The notes beneath the pieces are model-generated. The model was not told where the DNA came from and did not search any database. It was given only the letters and a program-made list of their open reading frames with translations. Shown here in pieces: positions 1-8,296 of a stretch of 55,158 bases of DNA. Source of the DNA: an uncultured Candidatus Kuenenia sp. (GTDB lineage: Bacteria; Planctomycetota; Phycisphaerae; Sedimentisphaerales; CAMDDF01); NCBI GenBank assembly GCA_964542055.1, contig CAZITB010000001.1, positions 1 to 55,158 of the forward strand. Reading direction: 5' to 3'. How positions within the stretch are numbered: the stretch's first letter is position 1; each line of letters opens with the position of its first letter. Both the position numbers and the translations under genes were made by a program.

Positions 1-113
1 GATTTTTTTTGGCCATAAAATAATATTTGTGATTAATTTCAATTTGATCGATATTTTAACATGAAAATTGGAAAAATAAACACCGCAAAAAAACATATTT
101 TTTTCATTTTTTC

Positions 114-142
114 TGGACAATCATAAAATAAAAGAGTATATT
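114..142 (+). promoter_or_regulatory. candidate sigma70-type promoter for rpmA (TGGACA - 17 nt - TATATT)
   Basis: Hexamers read at 114-119 and 137-142 with a 17-nt spacer, about 60 nt upstream of the rpmA ATG. Sequence pattern only. Confidence 0.3.
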
Positions 143-203
143 TTTAGGTTCGAAGCAGTTTTGCGAATTGTACTATTTGATAATATAACATAGTGAGGTA
201 AAG

Positions 204-440
204 ATGGCCCATAAAAAAGGACAAGGTTCTACAAGAAACGGACGCGACAGTAATCCTCAATACAGAGGTGTTAAGCTTTATGCTGGCCAGGCTGCAAAAG
301 CCGGCTCGATCATAATCAGACAATGCGGAACAAAATTCCATCCCGGCTTTAATGTTGGAATTGGCAAAGACTACACACTTTTTGCTCTTAAAGAAGGAAC
401 CGTACGTTTCGATAACCGCAGAGTGCACATAGACGTATAA
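204..440 (+). CDS. rpmA: 50S ribosomal protein L27
   Basis: The 78-aa protein starts [24 protein letters not shown], the hallmark L27 N-terminus. Size is typical. Confidence 0.95.
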   Translation: MAHKKGQGSTRNGRDSNPQYRGVKLYAGQAAKAGSIIIRQCGTKFHPGFNVGIGKDYTLFALKEGTVRFDNRRVHIDV

Positions 441-463
441 TTATTTCAGATTTGACTTTAAAA

Positions 464-492
464 GGGTGAATCTTTGCGGTTCGCCCTTTTTT
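464..492 (+). terminator. rho-independent terminator after rpmA
   Basis: GGGTGAA (464-470) pairs with TTCGCCC (480-486), including one G-T pair, around a 9-nt loop. It is followed by TTTTTT (487-492). Confidence 0.6.
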
Positions 493-590
493 ATTGATTA
501 ATATTATCTCTGAATTTGCCAAATGAATACTCTTTTAATATCGGCCTGCCTGGACTGGCCGATAAAATAAAGTTAAGACCGTGAGGAAAT

Positions 591-1619
591 ATGGCAAGTA
601 GTATTAGCAGCAGGCAGCGGGTTAAAGATATATTTTCATTAAAAAATACAAACAAGCCGGCGACATGGATCGGACATCCCGACCCGAAAACTTTTGATAT
701 ATATCTAAAAAAACTTTCACTCAAAAGTAATCACCAGCTTTACGACCATTTCAATGATGATTGCAGGTGGATTTGCGCTGAATGGGACTGTTATAAACAT
801 CCTACCGGCAAACCGCATTGGGACTTCCACGGCGGCAAAGAAAAAACCCATCTCAGCCAGGAAGGTGTATTCGCAAAGTTTGAAACTGTAAAAGATGTTG
901 AAAATTTTGATTGGCCCGATGTTAAATATTGTGATTTCACCCACGTTATTGAAGAAATGAACAAATACCACGACCGTGCAGTATTTAGCGGAATGTGGGC
1001 ATGTTTTTTCCAGGTACTCTGCGAATTTTTCGGCATGGAAACTTATTTCATAAAAATGTACACTCACCCGGAAGTTGTTGAAGCTGCCACAGACAGAATG
1101 GTTGACTTTTACCTTCAGGCCAATGAAAAATTTCTTAAAGAAGCAGGTGATAGTTTCGATGTTTGTTTTTTCGGTAATGATTTCGGCAGTCAACTCGACT
1201 TGCTTGTTTCGCTCGAAACCTTCGAAAAATTCATTTTGCCCGGTTTTAGAAAATTAATTGACCAGGCTCATTCTTACGGCAAAAAAGCCCTGCTGCATTC
1301 CTGCGGCGCAATTGACAAATGCATTCCACTGCTTATTGATGCTGGTATTGACGGGCTTCACCCCCTCCAGGCCAAAGCGAAAAACATGGAAGCTGAAAAA
1401 ATCGGCCCTAAATATAAAGATAAAATCGCCTTCGTGGGTGGTTTAGATACCCAGGACTTGCTTGTCAATGCAACACCGCAGCAAGTCAGAGATGATGTTC
1501 TGCGTTTGATTGACCTGCTCGGCCCTAATTTGATTGTTTCACCAAGCCATGAAGCGGTGCTGCCGAATGTGCCTTTGGAAAATATCGAAATGATGATTAA
1601 AACTGTTCAGGAAAGTTAA
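591..1619 (+). CDS. uroporphyrinogen decarboxylase (URO-D) family protein, MtaA/CmuA-like methyltransferase-type paralogue
   Basis: 342 aa with a URO-D-like C-terminal half (LLHSCGAI...GIDGLHPLQ...AFVGGLDTQ). AGGA RBS lies before the ATG. Specific function cannot be assigned. Confidence 0.65.
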   Translation: MASSISSRQRVKDIFSLKNTNKPATWIGHPDPKTFDIYLKKLSLKSNHQLYDHFNDDCRWICAEWDCYKHPTGKPHWDFHGGKEKTHLSQEGVFAKFETVKDVENFDWPDVKYCDFTHVIEEMNKYHDRAVFSGMWACFFQVLCEFFGMETYFIKMYTHPEVVEAATDRMVDFYLQANEKFLKEAGDSFDVCFFGNDFGSQLDLLVSLETFEKFILPGFRKLIDQAHSYGKKALLHSCGAIDKCIPLLIDAGIDGLHPLQAKAKNMEAEKIGPKYKDKIAFVGGLDTQDLLVNATPQQVRDDVLRLIDLLGPNLIVSPSHEAVLPNVPLENIEMMIKTVQES

Positions 1620-1655
1620 AATTTTCAGGGCTCAAAACGCCTGCTTAGAGATGGG

Positions 1656-2879
1656 TCAAATAGAACTGAAATAGTTAAGTGAATCTTTGAACGGCTTCAA
1701 AGCCCTCTCAAAAATACCAAGCGAATATGAAATGCAAACACCGTAATTGGTAATTGGCACATTTGCGGATTTGCATTTCATTATTCGTGAAAGCATTTCC
1801 CGCCTGTTTGTCATACAACCGCCGCACTGAATGACCAGCGCATAATCCGAAAGATTATCAGGAAAATCATGCCCCTGACAGACATCGAATTCCAGCTTGC
1901 AACCAGTAAACTGCCTCAGCCATCTTGGAATTTTAACCCTGCCGATATCATCAGCTATAGGGTGATGCGTACAGGATTCTGCTATCAGAATTTTGTCCCC
2001 GCTCTTAAGATAATCGATCTTCAGCGCCCCATTTACAAACGTATTCAAATCACCCTTATACCTTGCAAACAAAATCGAAAACGAAGTCATCGGGATTCCA
2101 TCCGGTGTGTCTGCCGAAACTTTCAAAAATGCTTGAGAATCCGTAATCACTATCGCAGGCGGCATACTCAACTTGCTTAAAGCATCCTTAAGCTCCCGCT
2201 CTTTGACAACTACACAATATGAATCATTGTCCAGTAATTCACGTATTGTCTGCACCTGAGGCTGAATCAATCTCCCTTTCGGCGCCTCCTTATCGATCGG
2301 AACCACCAAAACCGCCATTTCACCCGGCTTAACAAGATCGCTTACAATAGAAGGATTGTTCAAAAACTCCGCAGGGGTTGATTTAATCAATGCCTGCCTC
2401 AGCTCTGTTATCCCTTTATTTTCGATAGCCGTCGCCAAAACCACCGGAACATTTTCACTTTTCAATTTAGTGACCAAATCCTCGGACGGTTCAGCGATAT
2501 CAGACTTGTTAAAAACCACGATGACAGGAATTTCAAATTTCTGCAGTTTCTCTTTAATAGTATCTTCGAACTGCCCCCACTGACCTTCGCTTGCCACAAT
2601 GATTCCAATATCAGTTCGATCGAATATCTGCCTTGTTCTTTCTATTCTTTTCTCACCCAGCGCCCCAATATCATCCACCCCTGCAGTATCAATAAACAGC
2701 ACCGGTCCAATAGGCAAAAGCTCCATCGGCTTTTCCACCGGATCCGTCGTTGTTCCCGCAACTTCAGAGACTATCGAAACAGACTGGCGAGTTATCGCAT
2801 TTAATAGCGAAGATTTACCTGCGTTTCGCCTGCCGAAAATTCCAATATGTAGCCTTAAAGATTTAGGTGTCTTTCTCAT
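1656..2879 (-). CDS. hydF: [FeFe] hydrogenase H-cluster maturation GTPase HydF
   Basis: N-terminal P-loop GRRNAGKSSLLN with NKSD and DTAG GTPase motifs. C-terminal Cys/His cluster-binding region (CTHH ... QCGGC). Sits in a cluster with hydE and hydG. Confidence 0.9.
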   Translation of the reverse strand: MRKTPKSLRLHIGIFGRRNAGKSSLLNAITRQSVSIVSEVAGTTTDPVEKPMELLPIGPVLFIDTAGVDDIGALGEKRIERTRQIFDRTDIGIIVASEGQWGQFEDTIKEKLQKFEIPVIVVFNKSDIAEPSEDLVTKLKSENVPVVLATAIENKGITELRQALIKSTPAEFLNNPSIVSDLVKPGEMAVLVVPIDKEAPKGRLIQPQVQTIRELLDNDSYCVVVKERELKDALSKLSMPPAIVITDSQAFLKVSADTPDGIPMTSFSILFARYKGDLNTFVNGALKIDYLKSGDKILIAESCTHHPIADDIGRVKIPRWLRQFTGCKLEFDVCQGHDFPDNLSDYALVIQCGGCMTNRREMLSRIMKCKSANVPITNYGVCISYSLGIFERALKPFKDSLNYFSSI

Positions 2880-4276
2880 TTTTTTATGTTAAACCCCAAT
2901 TTCGTTACTGCTTCAGGACTGATCATTTGCTCAAACTCATGAGCAGTCAAAATCTCTTTTTCGATAACAACCTGCTTTACAGTCTTATTTCCCGATGCAG
3001 CTAGCTGAACCACTTCCTCAGCTTTTTTATAGCCTATCCGCTCAATCAAAGCCGTTACCACAGCTGTTGAACTTTGTATATGCTGTTGGCACTTGTCCCG
3101 ATTAACTTCAATTCCGCTTATGCAATTTTTGGCAAGTACGCTGACTGCTTGTTTCAAAATAGATATTGAATGAAGCAAACAATCAGCTATCAAAGGCATA
3201 AATTGATTCAATTCTAAATTCCCAGCAGATGCCCCTTGAAAAATCGCCCGATCATAAGCATCAACCATAATAGCCGCTTGCGATACCGCCTCCGGAATTA
3301 CAGGATTAACTTTGCCCGGCATTATCGAAGAACCCGCCTGTTTAACCGGCAGCATAATTTCGCCTATACCCGCATCAGGGCCCGAAGATAGAACCCGCAA
3401 ATCATTCGATACTTTCAACAGCGAACTAGCCAGCCCTTTCAAAATACCCGAAACCTCAACGAAAACATCACAGTTTTGAGTATTATCGATTATATTTTCA
3501 GCCCGGCCAAGCGACAAACCAGTCAAGTTCTTTAATTCATCAACCACTTTAAAAATATATTGCCTGGGCGCTCCCAATCCCGTACCTATTGCGGTTCCTC
3601 CAAGATTTACCACCCTCAGCCTTTCACAGCATTTATATATTCGCCACCGATCCCTTGCAAACGCTTCCCCATACGCAGAAAACTGACGCCCCACCGTAGT
3701 CAAAACCGCATCCTGTAATTGTGTTCTTCCAACCTTAACGATATCGGCAAACTCATGTTCCTTCTGTTGACATGTTTCAGTTAAACCAATAACCTCATTT
3801 TCCAATTCATTAAGCAAAAAAATTGCTGCTGTCTTCAAACTTGTCGGATAAGCATCATTAGTGGATTGGTGGAGATTGACAGTACCGATAGGATCAATAA
3901 TATCATACCTGCCGATTTCCTGCCCCATTATCTGCAAAGCCCGGTTGGCTATCACTTCGTTCACATTCATATTGGTCGATGTCCCCGCACCTCCTTGCAA
4001 CGCATCAACCAGAATATGCCCGTCCAGCATACCAGCTATCATTTCATTACATGCCTGCTCAACAGCTGAAAAAATCTTTTCTTCAATAAACCCAAGCTCA
4101 TAATTAACCCTTACAGCCGCTAGCTTAACATAACCAAAGCCGCTGATTAGCTTCGGATGAACCATGCGACCGCTAATCGGAAAATTCTCCACCGCCCTTG
4201 CGGTATGAATCCCGTAAAGTACATCTCTGGGCAACTGCATTTCACCTAGCAAATCTTTTTCAATTCTACATTCCAT
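2876..4276 (-). CDS. aspA: aspartate ammonia-lyase / class II fumarase family lyase embedded in the hyd maturase cluster
   Basis: 466 aa with the family signature GSSIMPGKVNP and the TQLQDAV motif. Its stop overlaps the hydF start by 4 nt, and its start abuts the hydG stop. Confidence 0.75.
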   Translation of the reverse strand: MECRIEKDLLGEMQLPRDVLYGIHTARAVENFPISGRMVHPKLISGFGYVKLAAVRVNYELGFIEEKIFSAVEQACNEMIAGMLDGHILVDALQGGAGTSTNMNVNEVIANRALQIMGQEIGRYDIIDPIGTVNLHQSTNDAYPTSLKTAAIFLLNELENEVIGLTETCQQKEHEFADIVKVGRTQLQDAVLTTVGRQFSAYGEAFARDRWRIYKCCERLRVVNLGGTAIGTGLGAPRQYIFKVVDELKNLTGLSLGRAENIIDNTQNCDVFVEVSGILKGLASSLLKVSNDLRVLSSGPDAGIGEIMLPVKQAGSSIMPGKVNPVIPEAVSQAAIMVDAYDRAIFQGASAGNLELNQFMPLIADCLLHSISILKQAVSVLAKNCISGIEVNRDKCQQHIQSSTAVVTALIERIGYKKAEEVVQLAASGNKTVKQVVIEKEILTAHEFEQMISPEAVTKLGFNIKK

Positions 4277-5698
4277 TTAGAAACACATATCCCTATTATC
4301 TGTGTTTTTAATAATTTCTAATCTCTCGATAACCTTGGATTTGATATCGCCCTCAGGCAGCTTTTCAAGCTCATCTTTTATAAGCTTTTCACCAATCTTA
4401 CGAGTTTTTTCCGAAGCATAGTCCACAAGATATTCCTCCAAAGTTGTCAATGCATTTGGTGTGCAGTACCTTTTAATAAAACCAGGTATCGCAAATTCCA
4501 TAAAATGCTCACCGGTTCTGCCAAGCCGATAACAAGATGTACAAAAACTCGGCACATAACCATCCTGCATCAGTTCCGCCATAACTTCATCCAGACTCCG
4601 AATATCTCCAAGCGAAAACTGCTCTTTCTCCATAACCTGCGCATCACCAGCTTCGGTATATCCGCCAAGCTCGATCCTGCTGCCGGCATCTATTTGCGAC
4701 ACGCCAAAAGCCATAACCTCCCTTCGAAGTTTCGGCTTTTCACGTGCAGTCAGAATCAAACCGGTATAAGGCACCGCCAATCGTAAAATAGCCACCAGCT
4801 TCTTAAAATCATCATCATTTACAATATGATCTGTAACAATGTCGGCGCCGCTTGCAGGCTGCAGCCTTGGAAAACTAATCGTATGAGGCCCTACTCCATA
4901 AGTCCTCTGCAAAAACAGCGAATGTGCAACCAGACCAAGCACCTCAAATCTCCAGTCATAAAGCCCTATCAGCGCGCCTATTCCGACATCATCACAGCCC
5001 CCTTCAAACGCCCGGCTAAGCCCATCAAGCCTGTAAAGATAATCACCTTTCCTGGTCTTTTCAGGATGATATAACCGGTAAGCCTGCTTGTTATAAGTTT
5101 CCATAAAAATCTGGTATGTTCCGATGCCCGCCTGTTTAACGATCTTGTAACCCTCAACATTCAAAGGAGCCGCGTTTATATTAGCCCTGCGAATCTCTCC
5201 CGTGCCGCTCTTAATACTGTAAACATTTTTAACAGTCTTGGCGATAAACTCCGGATCATAATCCACATGCTCACCGAAAACCAGGATCAACCGTTTATGC
5301 CCGGCATTTTCTAATGCAACAACCTGTCCGGAAATTTCTTCTTCGCTTAGCGTTCGCCTGTACGCATCCGGATTTGATATCCTGAAACTGCAATATTTAC
5401 AATCATTAACGCATTTGCTGCCAATATAAAGAGGGGCAAAAAGAACTATCCTGTTTCCATAAACAGTTTCCTTGAGCGTGCGAGCCGCATCAAATATTTC
5501 CTCGACCAGTTCCTTATCAATGGTATTAACCAACACAGCCGTTTCTTCAACAGTAAGTGCCTCTTTGGAAAGGCTTTTACTTATTATTTCTCGCACACGT
5601 TCTTTGGACACATTCTCATTATTCAAAAGACCGTGCAAATAATCATCATCTATAAAATCGACCGCATTAGCGGAAAGTTTTTTTTCATTCTCAAACAT
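4277..5698 (-). CDS. hydG: [FeFe] hydrogenase maturase HydG (radical SAM tyrosine lyase)
   Basis: Radical-SAM motif CVNDCKYC plus the C-terminal Cx2Cx22C motif (CTSCYRLGRTGEHFMEFAIPGFIKRYC). 473 aa. Confidence 0.92.
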   Translation of the reverse strand: MFENEKKLSANAVDFIDDDYLHGLLNNENVSKERVREIISKSLSKEALTVEETAVLVNTIDKELVEEIFDAARTLKETVYGNRIVLFAPLYIGSKCVNDCKYCSFRISNPDAYRRTLSEEEISGQVVALENAGHKRLILVFGEHVDYDPEFIAKTVKNVYSIKSGTGEIRRANINAAPLNVEGYKIVKQAGIGTYQIFMETYNKQAYRLYHPEKTRKGDYLYRLDGLSRAFEGGCDDVGIGALIGLYDWRFEVLGLVAHSLFLQRTYGVGPHTISFPRLQPASGADIVTDHIVNDDDFKKLVAILRLAVPYTGLILTAREKPKLRREVMAFGVSQIDAGSRIELGGYTEAGDAQVMEKEQFSLGDIRSLDEVMAELMQDGYVPSFCTSCYRLGRTGEHFMEFAIPGFIKRYCTPNALTTLEEYLVDYASEKTRKIGEKLIKDELEKLPEGDIKSKVIERLEIIKNTDNRDMCF

Positions 5699-6749
5699 AA
5701 TTCTCCTGATGTTTTTTTAAATACTTTACTGAACTACCTCTGCCCTGTCCCACTGTCCTGCCGATTGCCTTAATCCTGTTGTGAATCTCCTCGTGAAAAC
5801 TATCGCATTCATTCACGCAAACCTTTTTCGGGTATATCGAGTAAAGCTTTCTAAACTTTTTAGGCGAAACATTCGGCATCACAACATTAGCACCTCTTGA
5901 CAAGGCTTTTTCATAGCCGTCAACCGGATTCAACGTCGCCAAAGCTGTCGTCGCAGGTATATTCGTCTCGGGACAAATTATTCGCGCCAGGGCATAAGCT
6001 TTATAAGTTGTTATTTCATCCGCTGGAACCTGCTGATCGGACAACATCAACTCAGCGGCATTTTTTCCTAAAATTGTATTCTCATCAGGAACATAAGGCC
6101 CCAACCCGATCATATGTAGGTCAAGAGTTCTAAACAACTCGATATCATCTGCTAAAGATTCATAGCTTTGCCCCGGAATACCAACCATTACTCCGCTGCC
6201 AACCTCATAATCCAGCTTTTTTAAAATCTCTAAAAGCTCTATCCTATGAACCTTGGAACCGGGATGAATCTTATCAAAAAGTTCACGATCAGACGTCTCA
6301 AACCTTAGCAGGTACCTGTCCGCACCTGCATCTCGCCAGAGCTTATAAACGCCCTGGTCCCATTCGCCTAAACTCAGAGTAATCGCAAAATTTCCGATCT
6401 CTTTGAGCTTTCTAATTATCCTGCTGACCCATTCCGGATCAATTGACTTGTCCTCACCCGACTGCAAAACCAAAGTATTATAGCCGTACTTTTTAGCTGA
6501 ATTTCCGCACTCGATTATCTCTTCCTCGCTGAGCCGATACCTTTCAATACTTTTATTTGAAGCATTCAAATTGCAGTACAAACATCCCCTAGAACAAATA
6601 TTAGAAACCTCGATCAACCCCCGCAAATGAACCTCATTACCAACTTTCTGACGCCTGACATGATCGGCCATATTCCAAAGCTCGTCCAGCCTCGCTTGGT
6701 CCTGCTCTCTAAGCCAGCGTAATATTTGACCTCGGTCCATTACCGACAC
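5691..6749 (-). CDS. hydE: [FeFe] hydrogenase maturase HydE (radical SAM)
   Basis: Radical-SAM motif CSRGCLYC near the N-terminus. 352 aa, BioB-like fold. Overlaps the hydG start by 8 nt. Confidence 0.88.
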   Translation of the reverse strand: MSVMDRGQILRWLREQDQARLDELWNMADHVRRQKVGNEVHLRGLIEVSNICSRGCLYCNLNASNKSIERYRLSEEEIIECGNSAKKYGYNTLVLQSGEDKSIDPEWVSRIIRKLKEIGNFAITLSLGEWDQGVYKLWRDAGADRYLLRFETSDRELFDKIHPGSKVHRIELLEILKKLDYEVGSGVMVGIPGQSYESLADDIELFRTLDLHMIGLGPYVPDENTILGKNAAELMLSDQQVPADEITTYKAYALARIICPETNIPATTALATLNPVDGYEKALSRGANVVMPNVSPKKFRKLYSIYPKKVCVNECDSFHEEIHNRIKAIGRTVGQGRGSSVKYLKKHQENYV

Positions 6750-6752
6750 CTG

Positions 6753-7880
6753 CTACTTAACATCAAAAAGTTCTACTCTAAAAGTCGAACCAACGTCCGG
6801 CTCACTTTCAACCTTCGCATCTCCGTTATAAAACGTCGCCAGCTTCTTAACAATTGAAAGCCCCAACCCAGAGCCAAGAATCTTATGCGTCTTTTGATTT
6901 TTGATCCTTACAAAATCCTTAAACAGTTTAGCCGCCTCTTCCTTGCTCATGCCGATACCTGTATCAGAGACCACAATTATAAGCTTATCGTCTTCAAGTC
7001 GAATATTCAAATCTACCCGCCCATTATCCTTATTGTACTTAACCGCATTTGAAAGCAGATTATTGAGAATAATTTGGATTTCACTTGGGTCAGCATGAAA
7101 ATAAATATCTCCCTCAATATCCTTATTGATCTGGATATTCCGATCTTTGCCCATGATTGCAACATTTTCAAGACTTAATTCCGCAATCTCATTTATATTA
7201 ACTTCCTTGATCTCACGTTTCTTTTGCTTCGATTCGATCCTGGTCATATCCAAGAGATCGAAGATCAATTTCTGCATTCCCTCCAAGCGAATAAGCGACC
7301 TGTCAATGATATGATCATAAGCAGCAGTATTATCGCCCAAATCCTTATTCTTGATAATGTTTAAATAACCCTCGATCGCCGCCAAAGGCGATTTTAATTC
7401 ATGGGCTAAAACTGAAATAAACTCAAATCTCAGCCGCTTCTTATCTTCAGCCATCTTTCTGGCCTGCCGTTGAAAGATCAATCGGCTTGAAGCTTTTTTA
7501 ATCATATTTTTAAGTTCAGTCGGTGTAAATGGCTTAGCCAGAAAATCATAAGCACCGTTTCGTGTCGCCTCAACCGCTGTTTCCAAAGAAGCATAAGCTG
7601 TAATCATTATCGCCAGAATATCTTTGCTTTTAAGATCTAATTTTTTGAGCAAATCCAGTCCTGTCATCCCGGGCAGCTTATGATCTAAAAGCAAAATATT
7701 AGGACAATCATTCTCAATCATCTCGAAGCCAATTTCCGCATTTTCGGCACTGGTAACTTCAAAGCTTACTTCCTGTCCCACATCCGGCAAATCAACAGTG
7801 AACTTCGACAAGGCTCTTTCAATTCCCGTACGCATTCCTGATTCATCATCGATAATGAGAATTTTCAGGATATCAGTCAT
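6753..7880 (-). CDS. hybrid receiver-histidine kinase (N-terminal REC, then HisKA + HATPase)
   Basis: REC motifs (IIDDE, LLLDHKLPGMTG, AKPF) are followed by the H-box SVLAHELKSPL and N/G boxes (LLSNAVKYN, DTGIGM, GSGLGLSIV). Confidence 0.85.
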   Translation of the reverse strand: MTDILKILIIDDESGMRTGIERALSKFTVDLPDVGQEVSFEVTSAENAEIGFEMIENDCPNILLLDHKLPGMTGLDLLKKLDLKSKDILAIMITAYASLETAVEATRNGAYDFLAKPFTPTELKNMIKKASSRLIFQRQARKMAEDKKRLRFEFISVLAHELKSPLAAIEGYLNIIKNKDLGDNTAAYDHIIDRSLIRLEGMQKLIFDLLDMTRIESKQKKREIKEVNINEIAELSLENVAIMGKDRNIQINKDIEGDIYFHADPSEIQIILNNLLSNAVKYNKDNGRVDLNIRLEDDKLIIVVSDTGIGMSKEEAAKLFKDFVRIKNQKTHKILGSGLGLSIVKKLATFYNGDAKVESEPDVGSTFRVELFDVK

Positions 7881-8265
7881 TATATTTCTCCAGCAGAAGA
7901 TCTATTTCATGCTTCAACTGCTCATAACGCAAAGGTTTCGAAAGAAACGCGTCAGCCTTGATCCATGAATGCTCTTCAGGGGTTCTTGCCTCGAAATCCA
8001 TCCCGGTATCGCTGGTTACCGCTGTAACTATTATCACCGGAATATCAGGGTCTTTCTGCTTGATATGGTACGCAAGCGCAAAACCACCGTCAGCGTTTTC
8101 CATCATCAAATCAACTATAGCCAAATCAGGCACAGTACTTTCAAGCAATGCTTCTGCTTCAGCCTGGCTGCACGCCTTTACTATTTCAAAATCTTTTTGG
8201 AGCATTATTTCCATCTGATCCAAAAAATCAGGATCATCGTCAACTAACAATACCTTCTTTGCCAT
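7873..8265 (-). CDS. single-domain response regulator (REC only)
   Basis: 130 aa with VLLVDDDPD, IVDLMM and SKPL receiver motifs and no output domain. Overlaps the downstream REC-HK start by 8 nt. Confidence 0.85.
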   Translation of the reverse strand: MAKKVLLVDDDPDFLDQMEIMLQKDFEIVKACSQAEAEALLESTVPDLAIVDLMMENADGGFALAYHIKQKDPDIPVIIVTAVTSDTGMDFEARTPEEHSWIKADAFLSKPLRYEQLKHEIDLLLEKYND

Positions 8266-8296
8266 TTTCGTTTTCCGTTACTAAGTTATCAAAATC

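Noticed and set aside
1-203. Absence of rplU (L21) upstream of rpmA
   Set aside because: The 203 nt before rpmA are AT-rich and noncoding, so L21 is not immediately adjacent. The window edge prevents any conclusion about operon rearrangement.
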